Source: Prasinococcaceae sp. CCMP 1430
Taxonomy: Eukaryota; Plantae; Prasinodermophyta
NCBI GenBank assembly: GCA_013416795.1
Contig: RQSC01000015.1
Coordinates: 229,696-293,695 of the forward strand
DNA length: 64,000 bases
Reading direction: 5' to 3'
In this document: one piece after another, positions 20,913 to 32,896 of the stretch
Layout of the letters: the number at the start of each line of letters is the position of its first letter
Numbering within the stretch: the stretch's first letter is position 1
The notes under the pieces: generated by a model
What the model was told of the DNA's origin: nothing
The model's database searches: none
Seen by the model: the letters and a program-made list of their open reading frames with translations, nothing else
Translations under genes and position numbers: made by a program

Positions 20913-22546
20913 TCAGGGGTCAACATGCTGGCGCAAGTGCTGCTCGATGGCACTGTAGTACTGCTCTCCGCCGATGAAGGGCAGGTTGTTGTGGTCCCCG
21001 CGCGGTATTGTCACGAAGCGCTTCGGCTCATTTGATGCCTCAAAGAGCCTCCTGCCGACGTCGATGGGCACGATATTGTCGTGCGGGCCGTGCAGAAACA
21101 GCAGGGGCGCTTCCACCTGCGAACATATTGGGGGGTGGGGGGTGAGCCATGTCAGCACGCGTCGCCGGAGGCGTGGTGACGGAGCGGTCGAGCGACGAGG
21201 CCAAGGGCGAAGAGGTGAGCGCCGAATGAGCAGCCACGCTCGCACGCGCGCTGCATTTTGCGAGGCATGTCGGCGAGGGGAGGGCGGGCGTGGGGCAGGT
21301 GCGGGGCATCGTGAGAGTAATCCCCGTTGTGTTGGTCGTGTTGCTTCCCGACTGTCGTCCACATAACTGTGCTATGGCGAGCTGCCCCTGCCGACGGCTT
21401 TGGAAGGCTCCGCGAGTAAGCTCGCATCTCGGCCTCGGCGCACGAGGCGCCTCGCACGCCGGCGGTGGGGCGCGGCCCTCGCGGGCTGGCACTCTCTGCC
21501 TGCTGGCCCGGGGAATTTCGCCCAGTGCTTCTCTGTTCGTTCTCATGCGCGGCCGCCCAGCTCGTCTCCCGGAGAGAGAGCGTCGGGCGCCAGGCCGTCT
21601 GTGCACCGATGGTGTGCCTTCTCGATGCCCCGGGTCCCACAGACTACCCATTTGCTGCCGTCCCCCTCCTACCGCACACCACACAGCAGCTAGCGCGCGC
21701 GCGCGTTCGGCGCTCCATAGGAGCGGCCGAGCGGAGCACACAAGGTCGCGACCCGCTCTCGCACCCGAGCGCAGACCGCCGCGCTCTCGACACCCGCCAT
21801 CGGCGGGTCGCATGCTGGCATGGCTCAGTGCGAGGACGCACCTTATTGATCTTGCCCAGGCTGTCCCACTTGTCCCTCAGCAGCAACTTCAAGCATGGTT
21901 TGAGGAAGGGGTAGATGCTCGCGGCGACCTCGGTGATTGAGGTGAGCGCAGCGTTCAGGATGAGTGCGTCGACGCCGCCCGGGCCCTCCTCCTCGGCGAG
22001 CGCCACACTCACGCAGGTGCCGATGGACTCGCCCAGCAGCACGATCTTCTCGGGCCTCTTGGTCTCGCGCAGCCACTTGAGCGCAGCCCGCGAGTCCGCG
22101 CGCATGCCCGCCTCGGTCGGCTCGCCCTCCGAGCCGCCGTAGCCGCGGTAGTCGACGAGGCAGACTGCCACGCCGTGGAGTTGGCGCAGCTGCAGCGCCC
22201 ACTGCGCGCGATCCGCGCGTGAGCCCGCGTTGCCGTGGAACAGGAGCATGGCCGTCTTCTCGCGCGACTTTGCGGTTTCCGGCGTGACGAACCCTCTGGC
22301 ACCCTCCTGTGCGGCCCAGTACCAGAGCTTGATGCGCACGCCGTCCTCGGTCACAACCTCCACGTCCTCAATCTCGTTGTACGGCGCCTTCAGGCGCTCG
22401 GGCGGCGGGGGGATGGTGCCTGCCTGCGGGAAGTACATGATCTTCCGCTGAAAGACGGCCAGTGCCGCCACGAGCGTCACGCCGAGCGCAGCCGCCCCAA
22501 TGCTGGCCTTGACGGCGACGCCCGCGAGCGCACCTGCAACCCCCAT
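20913..22546 (-). CDS. BEM46/ABHD13-like alpha/beta hydrolase, about 302 aa; exons 22546-21842 and 21116-20913
   Basis: N-terminal TM, FQRKIMYFP, FHGNAG, DYRGYGGSEGEPTEAG, nucleophile GESIG, HGPHDNIVP and GDHNN. A 725-nt GT-AG intron at 21117-21841 has a branch GCTGAC at about 21156. Further in-frame ATGs lie upstream, to 22744. Confidence 0.88.
21302..21632 (-). ncRNA. RMRP: RNase MRP RNA, intronic and sense to the host BEM46/ABHD13 gene
   Basis: P1 is CGGGGCAUCG (21632-21623) pairing with CGAUGCCCCG (21311-21302). P3 is CGGUGC/GCACUG with an ACAGAC internal loop. CR-I GAAAUUCCCCG (21519-21509) pairs with CR-V ACAACGGGGAUUACUCUC (21330-21313) to form P4. P8 is GGCA-GAGAG-UGCC (21500-21488), the MRP-diagnostic GARAR loop. 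P9 is GCCC-GCGA-GGGC and CR-IV is AGUUA. Confidence 0.9.
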
Positions 22547-23064
22547 CGGCGAGCGCCACCTGCGCATGCGCAGACGGGTGCGGCGGGGGCGCCGCGAAGC
22601 CACGTGCGGCGGTGCCGATGACATGCGCGCGCTGCGAGTTAGCCCGCCGAAGCCGCTGCAGCGCGACTGCACGATCGCCGACGCCGACGCCGACGCTGAC
22701 GCCGGTGCCGGCGGCACAACCCTAAACGAGCTGCCTGCGTGCATCCTCGCTGGCGCGCCCGAGCCACCCACACGCGCGGGCGCGCGCTACCACCGCCACC
22801 GCGCGTGCGCCTCCTCGCACCACTCACCACGGCCGATCGGCGCCTTCCATCCCTGCGCCCCCCTCCCAAAGCCCCCTCCTTCTCCCCCCCCCCCGCCCCC
22901 CCTCCTTCCTCCCTCACGCGCCCCAAGGGGCAGGCGCTCGCGCGAGGCGCGCGCGCTGTGGCACGGTCCGCGCCGCTGGGTTCCGGGTCCGTGGCCAGCT
23001 CAACGCCCCTGCACTTTTTGCTCGGCCTTTGCCGCGGTTTGGCTGGATTTTGATCGAGGTTTGA

Positions 23065-25569
<2,505 letters not shown>

Positions 25570-25791
25570 AGATGCTGCGGTAGTGCGAATTCGTAGGAGG
25601 GGGCGACAGATAGCGCGTTAACAGCGGGCTCATTCTTTCACGGCCGCGGGCGCCGCCTGGCGCCTCCGCCTGGCGCCGCGCGCTCCCCGTGGCCCATCGC
25701 TGCCCTGCCGGCGCTCCTCCGCGCCGCCGCCGGCCGCGCCTCGACCGCGCGATCAACTTCTATAGCCTCAAGCCGGGCCAGACGCAGCCCG

Positions 25792-25826
25792 CGATGGGTC
25801 AAATCCGTTCCGGATTTGACCCATCG
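25792..25826. repeat. Perfect 16-bp inverted repeat with 3-nt spacer
   Basis: CGATGGGTCAAATCCG-TTC-CGGATTTGACCCATCG, intergenic between PRP43 and ARR-B. Confidence 0.9.
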
Positions 25827-25955
25827 ACGGCCGCGGGTGCGGGCGGGCGGTGGTGGTCGCGCGCGCGCGCGCGCGCTTCGGCAAAAAGAAAAAAAAGAAA
25901 AAAGGGGGCTTTGTTTCTTTGTGACTGATGGGGCCATCAGTCGTCGGTGACGCAC

Positions 25956-25981
25956 GGATGGATGGATGGATGGATGGATGG
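25956..25981 (+). repeat. (GGAT)n microsatellite
   Basis: About 6 GGAT units. Confidence 0.9.
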
Positions 25982-26261
25982 TGCGCCGCGCGCCCGTGTG
26001 TGCCGCGGGCCCCCGCGCGCAGGTCGGAACACGGCGAACGCGCGGCGGTGCGGGTGCTGTTCTGTACCAGGTACTGTACCTACCTACCTGTATGGCGGGG
26101 GGGCCAGGACGAGGCTCGGTCGGGCTGCTCGCGAGGGGTTGGGAAGGGGGGGGAGGGGGAAGGGGGGGAGGGCGCCATACGGTGCGCGGCGCGGGCGCCG
26201 CGCGCGGGGCGGGGGACGCAGGGCTGTGGGTCCTCGAGTGAACCCCATCCTTGGAGGCGCC

Positions 26262-26885
26262 ATGTCGGGCGAGATGAGCCTGGGGAACGACGCGCCGGGC
26301 GCGGCGGTCGCGGGCGCCGACGCGGNNNNNNNNNNNNNNNNNNNNNNNNNNNNNNNNNNNNNNNNNNNNNNNNNNNNNNNNNNNNNNNNNNNNNNNNNNN
26401 NNNNNNNNNNNNNNNNNNNNNNNNNNNNNNNNNNNNNNNNNNNNNNNNNNNNNNNNNNNNNNNNNNNNNNNNNNNNNNNNNNNNNNNNNNNNNNNNNNNN
26501 NNNNNNNNNNNNNNNNNNNNNNNNNNNNNNNNNNNNNNNNNNNNNNNNNNNNNNNNNNNNNNNNNNNNNNNNNNNNNNNNNNNNNNNNNNNNNNNNNNNN
26601 NNNNNNNNNNNNNNNNNNNNNNNNNNNNNNNNNNNNNNNNNNNNNNNNNNNNNNNNNNNNNNNNNNNNNNNNNNNNNNNNNNNNNNNNNNNNNNNNNNNN
26701 NNNNNNNNNNNNNNNNNNNNNNNNNNNNNNNNNNNNNNNNNNNNNNNNNNNNNNNNNNNNNNNNNNNNNNNNNNNNNNNNNNNNNNNNNNNNNNNNNNNN
26801 NNNNNNNNNNNNNNNNNNNNNNNNNNNNNNNNNNNNNNNNNNNNNNNNNNNNNNNNNNNNNNNNNNNNNNNNNNNNNNNNNNNNN

Positions 26886-26971
<86 letters not shown>

Positions 26972-28584
26972 CACACACATGTACACACGCGCGAGCACGC
27001 GTACACGCGCGCGCGCGGCGCCGTGCCCCGCCCACCAGGGCCCAGCGGCTGCGGCGCGCCGCTGACTCGATCCGTCGCCCGGCAGTGACGACCACCTCCA
27101 ATTCGAAGGAGGCCATCGACATCCTGCGCACGCGCCCCGACGACTTCGACGTCGTGCTGAGCGACGTGTACATGCCCGACATCAACGGCTTCAAGCTGCT
27201 GGAGATCATCGGGCTCGAGATGGACATCCCCGTGATCATGATGAGCAGCGCGGGCGACACACAGATCGTGATGGAGGGCATCACGCACGGCGCCGTTGAC
27301 TACCTGCTCAAGCCCGTGCGCATCGAAGAGCTGCGCAACATCTGGCAGCACGTGGTGCGACGCCACCAGAACCAGCAGCGCAAGATCACCGGCGAAGAGG
27401 AGGGCGGCGGCTCGCGGCGCAGGGACAGGGACAGGGACGCGCCGTCGAACAAGAAGCAGCGCGTGGTGTGGAACGTCGAGCTCCACCAGAAGTTCGTCAA
27501 CGCCGTCAACGCGCTTGGCATCGACAAGGCCGTGCCGAAGCGCATCCTCGACCTCATGCGCGTCCAGGGGCTCACACGCGAGAACGTTGCCTCCCACCTG
27601 CAGAAGTACCGCCTGTACCTCAAGCGCATCGCGCTGCAGCAGGCCGCGGTTGGGGACGCCGGCGGCGGGCAACAGCCGCAGCAGCCGCAGGACCAGGCGC
27701 CGCAGGCGCAGCAGCAGCAGCAGGCGCAGCAGCAGCAGCAGCAGTCCATTCCGATGGTCGACAACGCGATCGTTGACAACCGTCCGCAGCCGGGGGGCTC
27801 GAGCCTGGTGGGAAGCGCCTTGGTAGGCGGACCGGGTCAGGCCGGCGTCGGGGGCACATTCATGCGGGCGGGCGGACCGGTCGGTGACGCGGCCGGGCTC
27901 GGTGGTCCGTCTCTGGGAGGCGACGCGGTGGGCGGCGGCGCAATGCAGATGCAGAGCGGCGGCGGCATGTCCGGCTCGAACCCCCAGCTCTGGGGACACA
28001 CGGGCAGCTTCAACAGCAACGGTTCGGGGCAGCAGCCAGGCGCGCCCCTGGACCGCATGGGGCCCGGAGTCACAGAAGCGCCGAACCCGTTCGGAGGCAT
28101 GGGCGGCCAGGGAGCCGGCCCAGTGCCTGGTGGCCACAACCCTTTCGCCACGGAGCCCCCCGCCGCCGACATGCAGCTGCCCGGTCCGGGCTGGGGTGGC
28201 GCGGTCAACCAGCACGACGTAGCCACCGCGGCAGCGGCGCAGGGTCCGATGCAGGGCGGGGGGATGCCCATGCCGGGCGGCATGCAGGGCATGCAGGGGA
28301 TACAGGGCATGCAAGGCATGCCGGGCGGGATGCAGGGCATGCAGGGCGGGATGCAGGGTGGGATGCAGGGTGTTGGAGGGCCCATCTCCTTGCAAGGTGA
28401 CCCTTCCGGGTTCGACCCCAACCTCCTAGGAACCAGCCCGCGCACCGACAACGACATGTTTTCGATGCTCCTTGACGGTGCAGGGCCCACCGGCGGCGTC
28501 GCCAACAATCAGGGGAGCTTCTCCAATGGCGTCAACAACAGCATGCAGGGTGGCGGCCTCCCTGGCACGTCGCAGGGCTTCTAG
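26262..28584 (+). CDS. Type-B response regulator (receiver + GARP/Myb DNA-binding domain + Q/G-rich tail); exon 1 from ATG 26262 runs into the gap; last exon 27086-28584
   Basis: Receiver motifs [30 protein letters not shown] and [27 protein letters not shown] motif [16 protein letters not shown]...[18 protein letters not shown]. Acceptor GGCAG at 27085 with branch GCTGAC at 27061. Confidence 0.92.
26326..26885. other. Assembly gap (560 N)
   Basis: N run. It probably hides the start of the receiver domain and the 5' part of the ARR-B intron. Confidence 0.99.
26886..26979 (+). repeat. (CA)n microsatellite abutting the gap, intronic
   Basis: More than 40 uninterrupted CA units. Confidence 0.97.
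28249..28371 (+). repeat. Coding minisatellite (GGC ATG CAG-type) giving MQG repeats in the ARR-B tail
   Basis: [41 protein letters not shown]. Confidence 0.85.
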
Positions 28585-28779
28585 TGTACTGTATGAGCCC
28601 GAGCTGTGCTGCAGGCCATATCTGCCGTGCTCGCGCGATGGCGAGCGCAACAAGTGATATTGCTCGCCAGACGCCCCTTTTTGTTAATATTGTACCCTTC
28701 TAATGGCCGCAGAGCTGGACCACCGTTTCCTCGAGCAAGCCCTCTCGCGCGCGGTGCGCCGCACTGCTTGCTGCGGCGC

Positions 28780-29715
28780 TCACGGACGACCGGCCTTGGT
28801 GCCCGCCTTCTTCGTCTTCCGCTTTTTCTTGCTCACGCCTCCAGCCGCGCCCATGCTCGTTCTGGCCTTGCCTTTCTCTTTGCCCTCGGCCGTTTCTTTG
28901 CCCTTGCCTCTGCCCTTGGGAGGGGCTGGGGCGTCGTCTTCGGCCGACTCGCCGTCGGCGCACTCGTCGAGCTCGGCGTCGGAGGCGCTGTCCTCGCTGC
29001 AATCCGAGTCCCCTCGCATCACGTACGTCCTTCCGTCGTCCATGAAGTCGTCCTCATACCCTGGAGGGAACCAGAAGCACGGGGCCTCACCGTCGCTGTC
29101 TTGCGCGCCGTCGGCGTCCTCAGCCGGCCCATCCCCGTCGAGGTGGCCGACCCTTTCCTCGCGGCGCTTGCGGAACGTGGCAGCGCGCTCCTGCGCGGCC
29201 TTCATCTCCTTCAGCGCAGCCGCCTTGCCCTCTCGCTTCACCCGACGTGAGCGCTGCCCACGGCTCTCAGACTTGTCGACTGCGCCCTCCGCTGTCGGCG
29301 CCTGCTCCTGTTGCGCCGCGCCGCCCCCCGCCCCATTCTCCTCCTCCGTGGCCTCCTTCTTCGCCTTCTTCGCCTCCACCATCTCGAGCGCCTTCACGAA
29401 CTTCTTGCCCATCATGTGCGCCCACACGACCTCCTCCTTGCGCGGCAGCAGCTTGCCGGTGAGCTTGCACATCATCTTCTTGGGGTCGTCTGCGCTCGGG
29501 ACAATGTGCGGGGCGAATTGCGCCATCGCCGCTGCGACCTCCTTGGCCTTGCCGTATCGAGCCGAGCTGACGTGCGCACGCACCGCCGCGGCGAGCGCGG
29601 GCATCTCATGGCGCGTGTGCTCACACCTCACGCGGCCGGCCGCGGTGAGCGCAAGCGCACCACCCTCAGCGTCAAGAAGCGCCTGGAGCTCGGGGCAGCC
29701 GCCCGCGCCACCCAT
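28780..29715 (-). CDS. SURF2: Surfeit locus protein 2 (SURF2)-like, 311 aa
   Basis: GRVRCEHTRHEMP, FAPHIVPS...MMCKLTGKLLP...WAHMMGKKF (zinc-finger-like C/H pattern), PCFWFPP and an acidic/basic tail. Confidence 0.75.
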   Translation of the reverse strand: MGGAGGCPELQALLDAEGGALALTAAGRVRCEHTRHEMPALAAAVRAHVSSARYGKAKEVAAAMAQFAPHIVPSADDPKKMMCKLTGKLLPRKEEVVWAHMMGKKFVKALEMVEAKKAKKEATEEENGAGGGAAQQEQAPTAEGAVDKSESRGQRSRRVKREGKAAALKEMKAAQERAATFRKRREERVGHLDGDGPAEDADGAQDSDGEAPCFWFPPGYEDDFMDDGRTYVMRGDSDCSEDSASDAELDECADGESAEDDAPAPPKGRGKGKETAEGKEKGKARTSMGAAGGVSKKKRKTKKAGTKAGRP

Positions 29716-29997
29716 GACGCGCCACCTTCCCCCCGTCTCCCCGCGTCGCTCACGTCCAATCCCCCGCGTCGAGTCCGCCCGCGCTGCCGAGGCTGCAGCG
29801 CTCCCTGCGTCCGCGTCCGCGTGCGCTGTCGCGCGCGCGCGCGCCCTCGCCGAGAGCGGCCACCCCTCCCTTCTTCTTGTTGGCCTCCGGCTGCGTCGCG
29901 AGAGATCGCGCCCCCTCTGGCGCCGCGCGCGCGCCCTCCCCCATGACCACCCGTCGCACCGCGCACGCGCGCGCGCGCGTGCGCCCCCTCGCTCGCA

Positions 29998-31203
29998 GTG
30001 GTGCTGGCGGACCTGCTGGTGACGGCGCACACGTCGCCGCTGTACTNGCCTGCGGCAGCAGCTGCCGAGGCCGCCGCCGCGGAACGAGTGGCGCCGCGGG
30101 AGCTGCGCGTCGCGACCACGCCCGCCGGGGGAAAGCGCGTGCGCGGCACGCTGGACGCGGCGCATGGCGCGCGTCTGGCGTACGAGGTGCACGGCGACGG
30201 TCCGAACCACGCCGTCGTGCTGCATGGCGGGCCGGGCGCAGGGTGCTTCTCGCGCCACGCGGGATTTTTCGGACCGGAGTATACGGTGGTGCTGCTGGAC
30301 CAGCGCGGCTGCGGCGCGAGCCGGCCGCTCGGCGGCCTGGAGCACAACACGACCGAGCAGCTGGTTGAAGACCTTGAACTGCTGCGAGCGCACCTCGACA
30401 TCGACTCTTGGCTGCTGTTTGGTGGGAGCTGGGGGACGACGCTCGCCCTGGCGTACGCGAGCAGGCATCCGAGCCGGGTGTGGGGCATGATCATGAGGGG
30501 CGTGTGCCTGCTACGACGAAGCGAGATCGACTGGGTCTTCCGGGAAGGGGGAGCGAGCGCGCTCTTTCCACGCCAGTGGGACGAGTTTGTAGGCGCGCTC
30601 CCTGAGGACGAGCGTACAGACCCTGTTGCGGCGTATGCCGCGCGCATGTGTTCGCCCGACGCAAGTGCTGGTGTGCGCGCGGCCGCCGTGCGAGCTTGGG
30701 GCCGCTGGTCGATGGCGGTGTACAGCGGGCTGCCACGTGGAGATGAGCGCAGCAGCGCCTCCTGGGACGGAAACAAGTGGAACCCCGGGGGCGGGGGCGC
30801 GTTCGTCGAACCGCAGCAGATCGTTGGTGGGGGCGATACGCCGGAGGCGCTGCCTGAGCTGAGCAACGTGTCGGGTACTGTGTACAGCTCGGGGGAGGCG
30901 CACGCGCTCCTCGAGTGCTGGTACTGCGCCAATCAAGGGTTCGATTTGCGCGCCGAGCCGCTGCTTGAACGCGTAGCCGCGGGTGCGCTTGATGGCATTC
31001 CCGCCATCGCCGTTCAGGGTCGCTCTGATCTCGTCACGCCGCCGCGCACGGCGTGGGATTTGCACCGTGCGTGGCCGGAGATGCAGCTTCGCGTCGTTGA
31101 TGGCGGTCACAGCATGTACTCCCCTCGCGTCATGGACGGTCTTTGCCAGGCAACCGATGAGATGCTCAGGCACGCGCCACGGGAAGTGGCTGGCGGACTC
31201 TAG
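29998..31203 (+). CDS. Proline iminopeptidase (peptidase S33); 5' end uncertain around N at 30047
   Basis: LHGGPGAG, LDQRGCGASRP, nucleophile FGGSWGTTLALAYA, QGRSDLVTP and GGHS. Confidence 0.85.
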   Translation: MVLADLLVTAHTSPLYXPAAAAAEAAAAERVAPRELRVATTPAGGKRVRGTLDAAHGARLAYEVHGDGPNHAVVLHGGPGAGCFSRHAGFFGPEYTVVLLDQRGCGASRPLGGLEHNTTEQLVEDLELLRAHLDIDSWLLFGGSWGTTLALAYASRHPSRVWGMIMRGVCLLRRSEIDWVFREGGASALFPRQWDEFVGALPEDERTDPVAAYAARMCSPDASAGVRAAAVRAWGRWSMAVYSGLPRGDERSSASWDGNKWNPGGGGAFVEPQQIVGGGDTPEALPELSNVSGTVYSSGEAHALLECWYCANQGFDLRAEPLLERVAAGALDGIPAIAVQGRSDLVTPPRTAWDLHRAWPEMQLRVVDGGHSMYSPRVMDGLCQATDEMLRHAPREVAGGL

Positions 31204-31246
31204 CGAGCCAGAGAGGTACAATTGTATTGCCGATTTTTTCAAATTG

Positions 31247-32182
31247 CTATCGCACTGGCGCGTATACCCTGGTGACTATGTTCTCCAACGTCTCGTTCGA
31301 GACGCCCGCGGTCCATGCAAGGCCAACAGCCAGCTGCGCCAGCGTCGTATGCACCCAGCCCCGCCGCTCAAAGCGCCGCGCGCTCGTGCGCACGCGCTCG
31401 CTCAGCTGTTCGCACACCGCCTTGCCGCTGCGCTCGCGTGTCGTCGCATGAGCGCGCACGCACAAATCGGCATCCTCCATGAGCGCCAAGCTCGCATCGT
31501 ACCCTCCGCACGACTCGAACGTACCGACGCGCACGAATATGGACTGGTCGCCGTAGAAAACGCGAAGCCCTTGCGCGAAGGCGCGAGGCCGCAGGAGCGC
31601 CGGCAGGTAGTGCGATTTGAGCTGGTGGTTGAGCGACGCCAGCCGGAGCAACGGTCCTGTTCGACCTGCCCCGCTCTCTATATGGCATCTGAACGCGCCG
31701 ACTGCAAAGCCCTCGCCAATCCGCGCAGTCGACGCGGCGGCTGCTTCGAGCGCACCAGCGGGCAGTTGTGTGTCGGCGTGAACGAAGATGAGAATGTCGT
31801 CGGGGCGTGCTCCGACTGCCTCGACAGCGGCCGCAGCGCCGGCGTTCATCTGGCTCGCTCGGCCGCGCATCTCTCGTCCGCAGCGCACTACACGCGCGCC
31901 AGCAGCTTCTGCGAGGCGCGCCGTGTCGTCGCGGGAGCCGCCGTCAGCGACCACGACTGCGGCGGGCGGTGGGACCTGTGCGCGCAACGCCGCGACGGTC
32001 GCTCCAATCGACGCGGCCTCGTCGAGCGCAGGGATGACCGCGAGCACGCGCGGCGATACTCGCGCGCCCGCGCTTGCGCCGGCTCGCCGACCGCGCGCCG
32101 ACCGATGTACGCGCGCTTGTCTGCCACCGCCGCCACCCGCCGCGCGGCACTGGTCTTGCGCGCCCTCGCCACATCCTCCCAT
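31247..32182 (-). CDS. GT2/GT-A glycosyltransferase resembling the TIGR04283 family
   Basis: VIPALDEA, VVADGGSRDDT, GRASQMNAGA, IFVHADT, YGDQSIFV, LMEDADLC and RVRTSARRF. Start uncertain (ATG 32182). Confidence 0.8.
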   Translation of the reverse strand: MGGCGEGAQDQCRAAGGGGGRQARVHRSARGRRAGASAGARVSPRVLAVIPALDEAASIGATVAALRAQVPPPAAVVVADGGSRDDTARLAEAAGARVVRCGREMRGRASQMNAGAAAAVEAVGARPDDILIFVHADTQLPAGALEAAAASTARIGEGFAVGAFRCHIESGAGRTGPLLRLASLNHQLKSHYLPALLRPRAFAQGLRVFYGDQSIFVRVGTFESCGGYDASLALMEDADLCVRAHATTRERSGKAVCEQLSERVRTSARRFERRGWVHTTLAQLAVGLAWTAGVSNETLENIVTRVYAPVR

Positions 32183-32613
32183 CTCCGCGCGTCTTGTAGA
32201 CCCCACAACTACCTGCTCAACCGTTCGCAGTCGCCACCACTGCCGCCGCAGCGCAGCCGGACGCCGCTCGCCGTGCGGCGGCGCCCGCGAGCTTCCGGCG
32301 CCACCGCTGCGCGCGTGCGCGCCTGAGCGCCACCGCCCCGCCCCGCCCGCCGCTGGCACCCCGCGGTAGGGAGCGGCGCCCCCTGCGGTGTGGCGGGCGT
32401 GCGCGAGCGCTCGCGCGCACTTGCGCCCGCGCACTCCAACATGGAGACCCTACAGTAGCGATTCGATGTCTCCATGGAATCCCTAACTAAATACCCAAAT
32501 CAAATCAAATCGACAACCCAAACCTCAAACCCTCCTCGCGGGGATGCAGCACTCGCACGGCTGAGCTGGCGCGCGCCACAACGTCGCGCGGAGGCGGGCC
32601 TGGGCTGGGGAAG

Positions 32614-32864
32614 ATGGCGGTGGCCGCGCTCGCGCCGCGGGCACGCGCACCGATGGCGACCGCCGCGACAATCGCCGCTGCGGCTGGCAGCAGCAGCCGC
32701 CGCGGCCGTGGCAACGGGTCGCGCGGCGCGGGTCGCGGGGGTGGGAGGGGTGCGGCGGGGCGCAGTAGCGGCCGGGGAGGGCGAGGAGGCCGCACCGAGC
32801 GCGTTGGGAGAGGAGGGTCCCGGGGTGCGGGGCGCGGGCGTGGACGCGGGCGCGGGCGCAGCCC

Positions 32865-32896
<32 letters not shown>

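Noticed and set aside
21632-21641. GTCCCACA next to the MRP 5' end, resembling the plant USE
   Set aside because: It is in the wrong orientation and abuts +1 instead of lying 60-70 nt upstream, and there is no TATA.
25792-25840. Palindrome as a Helitron 3' end
   Set aside because: No CTRR terminus follows the hairpin, and there are no other Helitron features.
25638-28395. Long ORFs through the N gap and CA repeat
   Set aside because: These are artefacts of X-translation and microsatellite.
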